DNA from: an archaeon
Lineage (GTDB): Archaea > Iainarchaeota > Iainarchaeia > Iainarchaeales > JANQMZ01
Assembly (NCBI GenBank): GCA_028279805.1
Contig: JANQMZ010000007.1
Location: 729,092-793,091, forward strand
Direction of reading: 5' to 3'
DNA length: 64,000 bases
A program made the position numbers and the translations under genes. Shown here piece after piece: positions 1 through 9,260 of this stretch. Positions within the stretch are counted from its first letter, which is position 1, and each line of letters opens with the position of its first letter. The notes beneath the pieces were generated by a model. The model searched no databases. It was not told the DNA's origin and saw only the letters and a list, made by a program, of their open reading frames with translations.

Positions 1-1
1 A

Positions 2-136
2 GGCGGTGGAGCATGGCCTTATCAAATCCCAACAATTTTAACTTTTCCTTTCCTTCCTTTATTCGTAGGAATTGCCGGAATAATTACTTACCATGGAGTA
101 ATAGTGTTCTGTAGTGTTGCTGGCTGTCTTGCATAA
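2..136 (+). CDS. 3' end of a hydrophobic (membrane) protein, partial at window edge
   Basis: Open frame from the window edge to TAA at 134-136; translation is hydrophobic (...IPTILTFPFLPLFVGIAGIITYHGVIVFCSVAGCLA*). Confidence 0.3.
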   Translation, partial: GGGAWPYQIPTILTFPFLPLFVGIAGIITYHGVIVFCSVAGCLA

Positions 137-146
137 GGTTAGGAAT

Positions 147-614
147 ATGACTGATGTTTCATTTTCAGGTAAAACTGATAAAACTTTTAGGAAAGGCTTA
201 TCTGTTGTTTTGGAATTTTGCCTGTCAATTGGATTGGACGAAGCTAAAATTGTTTTTTTTGATGCGGAAATTTTGACCAAAAAAGTAATTGAAAAAAAAA
301 TTGTGGAAGGAAAAAGCGGCAAAGCACTTGCATACATTATCATAAAAGTGGACAAATCTGTAACAAAAGACTTGTCAAAAATGCCTGGTTATTATGGTTT
401 TGACCGTATTGAAATTTCTAAATCTTTTGAAAATGAAAAAAATGTTGTTCCAGATATGACTATTTTTGACAATTCTTTGAGTTTGAAAAGACTTGAAAAA
501 AGCCAGTTTAACGCTTTGCTTGATTTTTTAAAGAAAAAAGGATTAAAGTTTGAACAGGATTCTAATGGTGAAGATAACATTCTTCCTGATACCAGCTTTT
601 TCACCTTTTATTAA
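147..614 (+). CDS. hypothetical protein
   Basis: ORF 114..614; likely start at internal Met (MTDVSF) after the upstream partial CDS ends; no motif recognised. Confidence 0.35.
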   Translation: MTDVSFSGKTDKTFRKGLSVVLEFCLSIGLDEAKIVFFDAEILTKKVIEKKIVEGKSGKALAYIIIKVDKSVTKDLSKMPGYYGFDRIEISKSFENEKNVVPDMTIFDNSLSLKRLEKSQFNALLDFLKKKGLKFEQDSNGEDNILPDTSFFTFY

Positions 615-717
615 GCTTTTAAGTGCTTTAAACAGCTCCATACCTTTAAATAGTTTCCGTTGGACTTTTTATTATAGTAAACATTTTAGCTTTTTTTTGG
701 TGTTTTTTTTGGAAAAA

Positions 718-1263
718 ATGGTTTTGCCTGGGGACTATTTGTCTGCAGAGGAAGAGTTTTCACCCAGTTTTAATACTTTTGAAAGGGATGGTTCAATTTT
801 TTCAGCTGTAGCCGGTGAACCCAATTTTGACAACAATGAAAGAGAGGTTTCAGTCAAAGCTAAAAAAAGTGCAAGGCTTATCAGTCCAAGGTCAATTGTT
901 TTTGGTGTTATTTCAAAAGCGGCTGATGATTATGCTTTGGTGAAAATGTTTTACGCTGAAGAATTTAATGAGGAAAGATTTCTTCCAAGAAGCCACGGGC
1001 GTTTGCCAATTGCAAATGTTGAAAGGGCTTTTGTTAAAAGTGTTAAAGACAAATTCAGGCAAGGCGACATTATTAAAGCAAAAATTGCTTCAATAAAACC
1101 ATGGGGAATTGATTTAAGAACAAATGAAAGGGAATTAGGAGTAATTAAAGCTTTTTCAGTTGAATCAAGAGAACCATTACATTTAATCGGTAACCAATTA
1201 AAATGTTTGTCAACAGGATTATCTGAACAGAGAAAAATTAGTTCAGATTATTTGTTAAAATAA
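718..1263 (+). CDS. csl4: exosome subunit Csl4 (S1-domain RNA-binding protein), zinc ribbon degenerate
   Basis: Internal Met gives MVLPGDYL N-terminus typical of Csl4; S1-like segment GDIIKAKIASIKPWGIDLRTNERELGVI; C-terminal ribbon region keeps only one Cys. Confidence 0.6.
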   Translation: MVLPGDYLSAEEEFSPSFNTFERDGSIFSAVAGEPNFDNNEREVSVKAKKSARLISPRSIVFGVISKAADDYALVKMFYAEEFNEERFLPRSHGRLPIANVERAFVKSVKDKFRQGDIIKAKIASIKPWGIDLRTNERELGVIKAFSVESREPLHLIGNQLKCLSTGLSEQRKISSDYLLK

Positions 1264-1273
1264 AGGTGGTTTA

Positions 1274-1546
1274 ATGGAAATTGAAATTTTAAAAAATGAA
1301 AAAGATTTGCTTGAATTTAAAATTGCGGGAGAAAAACACACTTTTCCTGCTTTGTTAAAAAATCAATTATTAAAAGATTCAAAAGTTGAATTTGCTTCTT
1401 ACAAATTAAATCATCCGATGGATAAAAATTCTTTTTTTATTGTTAAAACAAAAGGAAAAACTCCAAAAAAAGCATTAGAAGATGCTGTTAAAAACTTAAA
1501 TTCTCTTTTAACTGATTTGAAAAAAAATTTAAAGAAAGCCGCTTAA
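1274..1546 (+). CDS. rpoL: DNA-directed RNA polymerase subunit L (Rpo11)
   Basis: 90 aa; LEFKIAGEKHTFPALLKNQL...VEFASYKLNHPMD pattern matches archaeal RpoL; AGGTGG SD upstream. Confidence 0.85.
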   Translation: MEIEILKNEKDLLEFKIAGEKHTFPALLKNQLLKDSKVEFASYKLNHPMDKNSFFIVKTKGKTPKKALEDAVKNLNSLLTDLKKNLKKAA

Positions 1547-1559
1547 CTTATTTTCAGAT

Positions 1560-2357
1560 TTGATTAAAATGGCTTTAAAAAAATTTTTTTCTCTTCTGAA
1601 ATGGATTGACCCTTTTACTTATGTTGACTTGTGGTTAATGCCAAAAATTAATCCCAATAAAAATGAAACAATTTCATGGATTGTTTATTTGATAAGCGCC
1701 TTTGTTTTTGCATTTGTTTTATACAGTTTAATTGGCCTGCTTTTGTCAACGCCAGCCCCAATGGTTATTGTTGTAAGCAACAGCATGACTCCAGAACTGC
1801 ACCGGGGTGACATTGTAATTGTGCAGGGCGTATCCCCAGAAAATATTTCAGGGGATGAAGTTGAATTAAGCTTTAATTCTCTTCAGGGCATTCCGTCTTC
1901 AAATTATTTGCTAACAATGTGCTCTGAAAAAAATTCACAAAACCTGATTAATTGTAATTCTTTTAAAAACCAGGTTTTGCAAAACAAACAATTTTCAGTT
2001 GATTCTTTTGACACAAGGCAAATTATTTTTTCAGACGGACAGGAGTTAAATTTGAACAAAAAAGGGGATATAATTGTTTATTTTTCTGATTTGCAGCAAA
2101 AACCAATTATTCACAGAATTGTTGCAAAATTAAAAGTTAAGGACGGTTTTTATGCTTTAACAAAAGGTGATTCTGAATATAATCCTTTGATTGACCAGGA
2201 AGCAGGCATAACTTCCTCGGCAATAAGACTTGACAGCATTACCGGAAAAGCAGTTGCAAAAATCCCTTTGCTTGGCTTTGTCAAATTAATTATTTTTGAC
2301 GATTTAACCTGTTTTGTTTTTGGCCCTCCTTCAGGGCAAAAATGTGTTTTTCCTTAA
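1560..2357 (+). CDS. signal peptidase I (archaeal Sec11-type)
   Basis: N-terminal TM helix, then SNSMTPELHRGDIV (Ser box) and IIHRIV (His box). Confidence 0.65.
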   Translation: MIKMALKKFFSLLKWIDPFTYVDLWLMPKINPNKNETISWIVYLISAFVFAFVLYSLIGLLLSTPAPMVIVVSNSMTPELHRGDIVIVQGVSPENISGDEVELSFNSLQGIPSSNYLLTMCSEKNSQNLINCNSFKNQVLQNKQFSVDSFDTRQIIFSDGQELNLNKKGDIIVYFSDLQQKPIIHRIVAKLKVKDGFYALTKGDSEYNPLIDQEAGITSSAIRLDSITGKAVAKIPLLGFVKLIIFDDLTCFVFGPPSGQKCVFP

Positions 2358-2384
2358 GGTTTAATATTTGTTTTCATTCATTTT

Positions 2385-2702
2385 TTGTTAATGTCAGATG
2401 AAGATTTTGCCCAGGAAATAATTTTGGAAAATTTTACAGGCTTGGAAAAAAAAGTTTCAGTTATAGGCGTTTTAAAAGAATTAAACAAAGAATCTTTAAA
2501 AGCAAAACTAACCGGTAAAACCAAATCTTTAAACCTGGAATTTGAAGAAAAAGAACAGTTAAAAAATTTGAAAAATGATGACACTTTAAGGGTTATTGGC
2601 GTGCCAAAAGAATCTTTGTCTTTGAAAGTTGAAACCGTACATGAATTAAAAGATTTTGATTTTCAATTATTTGAAAAAGTGAGAAAAGCAGAGGGAAAAT
2701 AA
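2385..2702 (+). CDS. hypothetical small protein, possibly OB-fold
   Basis: 105 aa ORF abutting PCNA (TAATG overlap); beta-rich pattern; no specific motif. Confidence 0.3.
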   Translation: MLMSDEDFAQEIILENFTGLEKKVSVIGVLKELNKESLKAKLTGKTKSLNLEFEEKEQLKNLKNDDTLRVIGVPKESLSLKVETVHELKDFDFQLFEKVRKAEGK

Positions 2703-3448
2703 TGGAATTAGTTTTGGAAAACTCAAATGATTTTAAAAAAAGCATTGATTCTATTGCTGTTTTAATAGATGAAGCCGAATTTTTGGTTACACAAAACGGG
2801 TTGGAATTAAAAGCAACTGACCCAAGCCAGATTAGCCTGATTGATTTTAATTTGTCAAAAAAATCGTTTAAAAAGTTTGACTTAAAAGAAGATTTGACAA
2901 TTGGCCTGGATTTGGATTATTTTGGAAAAATTATGTCAAGAGCCAATGCTAGCGATGAACTTGTTTTAAAACTGGATGACCAGAAAACAAATTTGCTTGT
3001 TGAATTTAAGGATTCTTCAATGAGAAGTTTTTCAATTCCTTTGATTGATGTTTCAAAATCCAAAACTCCTGAACCAAAAATTGAATTTGATGCTGCAATT
3101 GAATTAAATGCAAGCGTTTTACAGGACGCCTTAAAAGACGCTGAACTTATTTCAACACATGTTACTGTTGGTGTTAATGAAAAAGAATTTTTTCTTAAAA
3201 CAAAGTCAAGCAGGGGCACTTTGGACAATGTTACAGCTAAAAACAGCAAAAATGTTTCCAAGTTTGATGTTAAAAAACAATGCAAAAGCATGTTTCCTCT
3301 TGATTATTTAAGGGACATGTTCAAAAATGCATCCTCAGATTCAAATGTTTTAATTGAATTGGGGGAAAATGCTCCTGTTCGCATTTCTTATTCAATCGGT
3401 TCTGCAAATCTGAGTTATTTTTTGGCTCCACGCATTGAAAACGATTAA
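2702..3448 (+). CDS. pcn: DNA polymerase sliding clamp PCNA (paralog 1)
   Basis: 248 aa; PCNA-like domain order, DPSQISLIDFNL, LVEF, VLQDALKDA segments. Confidence 0.8.
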   Translation: MELVLENSNDFKKSIDSIAVLIDEAEFLVTQNGLELKATDPSQISLIDFNLSKKSFKKFDLKEDLTIGLDLDYFGKIMSRANASDELVLKLDDQKTNLLVEFKDSSMRSFSIPLIDVSKSKTPEPKIEFDAAIELNASVLQDALKDAELISTHVTVGVNEKEFFLKTKSSRGTLDNVTAKNSKNVSKFDVKKQCKSMFPLDYLRDMFKNASSDSNVLIELGENAPVRISYSIGSANLSYFLAPRIEND

Positions 3449-3474
3449 AAACTCTTGTTAGTTTTATTTTTTTC

Positions 3475-4206
3475 ATGGGGGAAACAATTAAACTCAAAAA
3501 TGTCAGATTGATTCAGAGGGCAATCAGGGCTATTGCTGCTTTTGTTCCTGAAGGCAATTTCAGGTTTAATTCTGACGGCATTTCTTTCAGGGCAATGGAT
3601 CCCAGCCAGATTGTAATGGTTAATTATAATATTCCTGTAAAATTTTTTGACAAATTTAATGTTGAACCAAATTTTGTGGGCATTGACTTGGATGAATTTA
3701 ACAAGGTTATGAAACGGGCATTGCCAAACGATTCAATGACTTTGAATTTGAATGATTCAAATGTTTTGGTTGAATTTTCAAATGAAATTAAAAGAACTTT
3801 TAACCTGTCTTTAATAAGTGTTTCAGGTGAAGAACCTGATTTGCCGAAACAGTCTTTTGATGCTAAAATTGAATTAAAAGCCCGGGTTTTACAGGAAGCT
3901 TTAAAGGATGCCATTTTGTTTGGAAGCAGTGTTATTTTTAATGTTAAAAAAGGCAAATTTTTAATTGAGGCAAAAGGAAGCCAGGGCAACCTCAATTCTG
4001 AGGCTTTGCCCTCCAAAAATGTTAAAATTTCAACAAAAAAAGACATTAAAAGTAAGTATTCGTTAAATTTTTTGGAAAACATTGTAAAAGAAGCTAATCC
4101 TGATGAAAATATTGTGCTTGAATTAAAAAATGAGTCGCCAATGCGCATTGTTTATCCTATTGACGGCACAAGCATTGAGTTTTATTTAGCTCACATGATT
4201 TTATAG
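3475..4206 (+). CDS. pcn: DNA polymerase sliding clamp PCNA (paralog 2)
   Basis: 243 aa; MDPSQIVMVNYNI, LVEF, VLQEALKDA; about 30% identical to paralog 1 by eye. Confidence 0.8.
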   Translation: MGETIKLKNVRLIQRAIRAIAAFVPEGNFRFNSDGISFRAMDPSQIVMVNYNIPVKFFDKFNVEPNFVGIDLDEFNKVMKRALPNDSMTLNLNDSNVLVEFSNEIKRTFNLSLISVSGEEPDLPKQSFDAKIELKARVLQEALKDAILFGSSVIFNVKKGKFLIEAKGSQGNLNSEALPSKNVKISTKKDIKSKYSLNFLENIVKEANPDENIVLELKNESPMRIVYPIDGTSIEFYLAHMIL

Positions 4207-4255
4207 GAATTTTACTCTAATTCTTTTTTAACGCTTATCATAGCCTAATTATTTT

Positions 4256-5296
4256 ATGTTTTCAGAAACAGAATTAGAATTTGCACAAAAATATCCTTTT
4301 TCAAATACAGCCAAAAAAATAATAAAAAAAGAAGATTTGGACCTGGAAAACTTGCCTGAAAGCATAAAACAGGCCGCCAAAATAAAAATAGGGCATGCTT
4401 TTTCCCAGACATCTTACACTCCAAAAATTATTGGCCACAAAGATTCTTTAAAAGATGAAATTCTTGCATTTCCGCTGGCAAAAATTTTAATATCATTCAT
4501 GCCGGATTCATTGTTTGACAAATTTGCATCAAGTGTCAGAGAAACAACAAAAAATTATTTACAGGAAGAATCCGTTTCAGGAAAAGAAAAAAAAAGCCTT
4601 GAACCATTGCTTGACCTGGCACAGGATTTAAATTTAAAAGTTTCAATTGAAGATGAAAAAATTTTATCAATAAATGTTACAGATTTTCTTGACTTTGTTC
4701 CGGACAAAAAAGATTTAAAACTTGTAAACCAGCAGGTTGAAAATGGAAAAATTTTTTTAACATTAAACGATTTTATTGATTTTTTGTCAGAAAAATCTTT
4801 TCACCTTGTTTTGGAGTCGTTGCCGGTTGACATAAAACAAATTCCTCTGGAATTAAAAAAATTGTCAAAAGAAATTTATTCAGAATTACAGCCAAAATTT
4901 GTCAAAAAACATTTTAAAAACACCGGGAAAATCAAGCCGGAATTGTTTCCCGACTGCATGCAAAACATTTATTCACAGTTAATGTCAGGAAAAAATGTTT
5001 CACATTTTGGAAGGTTTGCAATTGCAACTTTTTTGAATCAAATCGGAATGCCTAAAGAAAATATTGTTCAAATGTTTTCAAAAACTCCCAACTGGAATGA
5101 GAAAACCACGCGTTATCAGGTTGAAATGCTTTCAGGAAAATCCGGAACAGAATATAATGCTCCGGCGTGTGACAAAATGCGTTCAGCCGGTTTTTGCACA
5201 AAAACACATTGCAATGAAAAACATCCTGTCACATATTATTTTAACCAGCTAAAAAAAACATCAAAAAAAGAGGGTTTTAATGACAAAAGAAGCTGA
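4256..5296 (+). CDS. priL: DNA primase large subunit PriL
   Basis: 346 aa; C-terminal Cys cluster (CDKMRSAGFCTKTHCNEKHP) consistent with the PriL Fe-S domain; in operon with priS. Confidence 0.65.
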   Translation: MFSETELEFAQKYPFSNTAKKIIKKEDLDLENLPESIKQAAKIKIGHAFSQTSYTPKIIGHKDSLKDEILAFPLAKILISFMPDSLFDKFASSVRETTKNYLQEESVSGKEKKSLEPLLDLAQDLNLKVSIEDEKILSINVTDFLDFVPDKKDLKLVNQQVENGKIFLTLNDFIDFLSEKSFHLVLESLPVDIKQIPLELKKLSKEIYSELQPKFVKKHFKNTGKIKPELFPDCMQNIYSQLMSGKNVSHFGRFAIATFLNQIGMPKENIVQMFSKTPNWNEKTTRYQVEMLSGKSGTEYNAPACDKMRSAGFCTKTHCNEKHPVTYYFNQLKKTSKKEGFNDKRS

Positions 5297-6407
5297 TTTT
5301 TTAAAACAAAAGTTTTCAGAATATTATTCAAAAAATTCTGTAAATTATCCGTCTGAACCTGAAAAAAGAGAATTTGGTGTCGGAGATTTCGGAAAAAAAA
5401 TTGTTAAAAGGCACATGAGTTTTTCCTCTTTAAAAAATTTTAACCAGTTTTTACAGACAAAAGCTCCTTTGTATGTTTCAGCTTCAAATGCTTATTATCT
5501 GTATCCTGACAAAAGGCCGATGGAAGCAAAAGAATTTGTTGGTGCTGATTTAATTTATGAATTTGATGCTGAAAAAGACAAAAACGGATGGATTTCCGCT
5601 CAAGCTGTTGAAGAAACAAAAAAACAAGCATTAAAATTAATTAAAATTCTGGAAAACGAGTTGGGGTTTGAAGAGGGAATTGAAATTAATTTTTCAGGCA
5701 ATGCAGGTTACCATGTTTATGTGCGTTCCGATAAAATTAATGGAATTCCCCAGAAAGGAAGATTGGAAATTGTTGACTATTTAACACTTGAAGGATTTGA
5801 CCCTGCATTCAACGGTTTTTTTATGGATAAAAAAATGTTTTATTGTCCAAAAAAAGAAAATGTTAAAGGTTTAACCAGAAGATTTTTGATTTTTTTGCAA
5901 AATTTTGTTGAAGAAAAACCGGTGGATGAAATTGCAGGATTTGGCGGAGTCAGAATTCCAACAATTGAAAAAATTTTTAATGACAGAAAAAAAATAATTG
6001 AAAAAATGAATTCAGGAATTTTAATGCCTGTGACAAGCAATGCTAAAAGAAACAAAAAATTCTGGACAGCTTTAATTGAACATGCAAAAGATGAATTATC
6101 CTTAAACATTGACAGGCAGACTTCAATTGATTTAAAAAAAATTGTCCGGGTTCCAAACACTTTGCATGGTTCAACAGGCTTGCTTGCCAAAACATTTTCC
6201 CCTGAAAAAGCCAAAGAATTTGACCCTTTTACCGATTCTGTGGTGTTTTCCGATGCTCCTGTGAACGTTTTGATTAAAAATGTTCCCCAATTTAAATTAA
6301 AACAGCAGAGCTTTGGTCCTTTTAAAAAAGAGGAAAAGGCTTTGCCGGAATTTGCGGCAATATTTTTAATTGCAAAAGGAAAAGCCGAGTTGATTGATAA
6401 AAAATGA
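5280..6407 (+). CDS. priS: DNA primase small (catalytic) subunit PriS
   Basis: GADLIYEFDAEKD and FSGNAGYHVYV catalytic motifs; overlaps priL by 17 nt. Confidence 0.8.
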   Translation: MTKEADFLKQKFSEYYSKNSVNYPSEPEKREFGVGDFGKKIVKRHMSFSSLKNFNQFLQTKAPLYVSASNAYYLYPDKRPMEAKEFVGADLIYEFDAEKDKNGWISAQAVEETKKQALKLIKILENELGFEEGIEINFSGNAGYHVYVRSDKINGIPQKGRLEIVDYLTLEGFDPAFNGFFMDKKMFYCPKKENVKGLTRRFLIFLQNFVEEKPVDEIAGFGGVRIPTIEKIFNDRKKIIEKMNSGILMPVTSNAKRNKKFWTALIEHAKDELSLNIDRQTSIDLKKIVRVPNTLHGSTGLLAKTFSPEKAKEFDPFTDSVVFSDAPVNVLIKNVPQFKLKQQSFGPFKKEEKALPEFAAIFLIAKGKAELIDKK

Positions 6408-6955
6408 AAATAGATTATTCCGAGTTAAGAAAAATTTACAGAATTGAAAAAAATACATCCAAGCTTGTTGATGTGGATGAAAATTTTTTTTCTTCAGCTG
6501 AAGAATTTTTTAAAAAAGAAAAAGAAAAATATCTGGAAAGTTTAAAAGAACCTGATTCATCCAAAACAAGAGATTTTGAAAATTTGCAAAGACTTGTGAA
6601 AGATTTGTTTGATTTAAGAGAAAAAAAACTGTTAAACAAGGCTTTAATTTCTTCACGCACAAATGAAACAAATTTAAACGGATTGTCTTCCGAAGAAAAA
6701 AAAACTTTTGAAAAAATTTCAAATGTTTTGGAAGAGCATAAAAAGTTTTTAGGTGAGCTTTTTGAAAACAACAAAAAATCGGAAAAATCTTTTGAAAAAA
6801 AATCAAAAACTTTTATTAAAATTGTAAAAGATGTTCCTGCTTTTGTCGGTTCAGACATGAAACAGTACGGACCTTTTGATGAGGGAAAAGAAATTGAACT
6901 GGCTGACAAAACAGCTTCATTACTTTTAAAAAGAGGTTTGGCTGAAAAAATTTAA
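6404..6955 (+). CDS. putative GINS subunit (Gins15/51-like)
   Basis: 183 aa helical N-part; C-terminal VKDVPAFVGSDMKQYGPFDEGKEIELADKTASLLLKRGLA resembles the GINS B domain; position just after priS as in many archaea. Confidence 0.4.
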   Translation: MKIDYSELRKIYRIEKNTSKLVDVDENFFSSAEEFFKKEKEKYLESLKEPDSSKTRDFENLQRLVKDLFDLREKKLLNKALISSRTNETNLNGLSSEEKKTFEKISNVLEEHKKFLGELFENNKKSEKSFEKKSKTFIKIVKDVPAFVGSDMKQYGPFDEGKEIELADKTASLLLKRGLAEKI

Positions 6956-6957
6956 AG

Positions 6958-7206
6958 GTGATTTTTATGAGTGAAAATTTTGCAGGCTATGATTTGAAAA
7001 AACTTGTTCCAAAACCAAAAACCGGTTTTAAAAAAGCAAAATGTTCAAGTTGTGGTAATGCTCAGTTTTTTTTTACAGCATCCGCTTCTAAAACAAAATG
7101 CTTAAAATGCGGCAAGCCTTTTGCCAAAAGCACAGCTTCAAAAACAATGCTTTTGGGAAAATCAAAGCCTGAAACAAAAACTGTTGAAAAAGAAAAAAAA
7201 GAATAA
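6958..7206 (+). CDS. rps27e: 30S ribosomal protein S27e
   Basis: C4 ribbon KCSSCGNAQFFFTASASKTKCLKCGKPFAKSTASK matches eS27; AGGTGA SD upstream. Confidence 0.75.
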   Translation: MIFMSENFAGYDLKKLVPKPKTGFKKAKCSSCGNAQFFFTASASKTKCLKCGKPFAKSTASKTMLLGKSKPETKTVEKEKKE

Positions 7207-7217
7207 GGTGATTTGAA

Positions 7218-7991
7218 TTGGATGAAAACATGCCTCAGGTCGGAGAAGTTGTTGTTGTACGTGTCACCAAAGTTTTAAATTACGGGGCTTTTTGTGATTT
7301 GGCAGAATATGATAATGTTGCCGGATTTGTTCACAGTTCACAGGCGGCAAGCAGATGGGTTAAAAATATCAGAAATTTTGTTAAAGAAAACCAGATGCGG
7401 GCGGCAAAAGTTTTAAGCATTAATTCTGAAAAAAAACAGGTTGATTTGTCTTTAAACAGGGTTTCAAGCCAGGCTGAAAAGGAAAGAATTCAGCAATGGA
7501 AACAGTTTAAAAGGCAGAAAAAATTGTTAGAGGTTTTGGCTAAAAGAACAAAAAAATCCTTTGACCTGGTTTGGGATGAAATTGCTGAACCTTTAATTTC
7601 AGAATATGGTTCTTTAAATGATGCTTTTAGGGCTATTTCAATTGAAGGTGAAAAGGCAGCTAAAAACATTAATTCCAAATGGTTAAAGGATTTGATTGCA
7701 ATTGTTAAGGAAAATGTTACTGTTCCCCAAAAAACAATTAAAGGCGTTTTATCTTTACAGTCTTTTAAGTCAAATGGCGTTGAAACAGTTAAAAAAGTGT
7801 TAAAAGATGCTTTGACGGCGGGAAAAGAAGCAAAAGTTGAAATTTATTATCTTGGTTCGGGAACTTATATGGTTAAAGTAACAGCATTTGATTATAAGAC
7901 AAGTGAACGAATTTTAAAAAATGTGATTGACACTGCCCTTGAAAGCATTAAGGTTTCTGGGGGAAAAGGTTCTTTTGAACGTTCAAATTAA
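7218..7991 (+). CDS. eif2a: translation initiation factor 2 alpha subunit
   Basis: N-terminal S1 domain GEVVVVRVTKVLNYGAFCDL...AGFVHSSQAASRWVKNIRNF; conserved position after rps27e. Confidence 0.8.
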   Translation: MDENMPQVGEVVVVRVTKVLNYGAFCDLAEYDNVAGFVHSSQAASRWVKNIRNFVKENQMRAAKVLSINSEKKQVDLSLNRVSSQAEKERIQQWKQFKRQKKLLEVLAKRTKKSFDLVWDEIAEPLISEYGSLNDAFRAISIEGEKAAKNINSKWLKDLIAIVKENVTVPQKTIKGVLSLQSFKSNGVETVKKVLKDALTAGKEAKVEIYYLGSGTYMVKVTAFDYKTSERILKNVIDTALESIKVSGGKGSFERSN

Positions 7992-8097
7992 TGCCCATTC
8001 CGGACCTTTTTAAATTTATTTAAAAAACGTTTAGAGTTTTTTAAAGCTTTAAAATTGCGAAGCATTTTAAATCTATTGAACAAAAAATTGCTTTGCT

Positions 8098-8883
8098 ATG
8101 GTTACAAGTTTTAAGTTTTTGTCAAATGAAAAATATGAAAATGCTGTTTTGCTTGTCGGCCTGCCCGGAATAGGCTTGGTTGGCAAAATTGCTGTTGATT
8201 ATTTGTTAAAACATTTAAAGTCCAAAAGAATTGCTGAAATTTTTTCAGATTCTTTTCCTCCAAGTGTTTTTGTTCAGTCAGGAATAATTGATTCAATTAA
8301 AAATGATTTATTTGTTTTTAAACATAAAAAGAAAACTTTTTTGTTTTTAGCCGGACCGGTGCAGCCTTTTCTGGATCCAAAAACCGGAACATCAAAAGAA
8401 CATTACGAGTTTGCTGAAAAAATTGTTTCAACGGTTAAGGATATGGGTGTGAAAGAAATTTACACCCTGGCTGGAATAAATATCGGAAGAAAAAGGCTTG
8501 AAACAGAGCCAAACATTATTGCTGCCGCAACCGACAAAAAAGTTTTACAAAATGTAAAAAAAGCCGGAGCCAAATATTCAAAAGAAGGAAGCCTTATTTC
8601 AGGAGCTGCTGGCTTATTTTTAGGAGAAGCCAAAAAACAAAACATTAAGGGGGCGTGCATAATGGGTGAAACAAATGCAGGCCTGGTTTACGGGGATCAT
8701 GGTTCTGCTAAAAAAGTTATTGAGCTTTTGGTAAAACTGTTTGGTTTTAAGATTAGCATGAAAGGAATTGAAAAAGAATCTAAAAAAATAGAAAAATCTT
8801 TTGTTCAGTTAAACAAACAGCTTGAATCAAGGGAAGAAGAAAAAGATACAAAGGGAAAATCAGGCTTAACATATGTACGCTGA
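8098..8883 (+). CDS. PAC2-family protein (proteasome assembly chaperone-like)
   Basis: N-terminal LLVGLPGIGLVGKIAVDYL typical of the PAC2 family. Confidence 0.55.
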   Translation: MVTSFKFLSNEKYENAVLLVGLPGIGLVGKIAVDYLLKHLKSKRIAEIFSDSFPPSVFVQSGIIDSIKNDLFVFKHKKKTFLFLAGPVQPFLDPKTGTSKEHYEFAEKIVSTVKDMGVKEIYTLAGINIGRKRLETEPNIIAAATDKKVLQNVKKAGAKYSKEGSLISGAAGLFLGEAKKQNIKGACIMGETNAGLVYGDHGSAKKVIELLVKLFGFKISMKGIEKESKKIEKSFVQLNKQLESREEEKDTKGKSGLTYVR

Positions 8884-8887
8884 TTGT

Positions 8888-9190
8888 TCAAATTAAGCCA
8901 AAAAATCTTAAAACAAGCATTACCCCTATTCCGGCCAAGCCAAACACAATGCTTATCACAAGGCTTGGGATAAAAGGCAGATTTATTCCGAACAAAAATG
9001 TTAAAACAAGCCAGCTTATCAAGCCCAAAATGGAATTTACAATAATTCTTTTTAATAAAAATATTACAAGCAATGCTGCTACAATTAAAACAATTCCTCC
9101 GATTAAAACGCTTGGATCTCCGACAAGGCTTGTTACAGCGTTGGCTGTGTTGCCAAAATTAAGATCTGAAGGCAATCCAAGGTAAAACAT
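8888..9190 (-). CDS. small membrane protein
   Basis: 100 aa, three predicted TM helices; no motif. Confidence 0.3.
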   Translation of the reverse strand: MFYLGLPSDLNFGNTANAVTSLVGDPSVLIGGIVLIVAALLVIFLLKRIIVNSILGLISWLVLTFLFGINLPFIPSLVISIVFGLAGIGVMLVLRFFGLI

Positions 9191-9260
9191 TTAAATTATA
9201 ATGAAAGCAACATCTAAAAATAGTTACTGGTTTTATTATTACAGGCAAAAGAGTGTTTTT

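Noticed and set aside
59-4148. Antisense ORFs 59..355, 392..604, 2378..2584, 2917..3291 and 3624..4148 (all minus)
   Set aside because: Each lies wholly inside a well-supported plus-strand gene (csl4 region, PCNA1, PCNA2 etc.). AT-rich genomes produce long antisense frames; no motifs.
7992-8097. Expected Nop10 gene after eIF2alpha
   Set aside because: In many archaea nop10 follows eif2a. The 106-nt spacer here contains no ORF with a Zn ribbon, so Nop10 is not encoded at this position.
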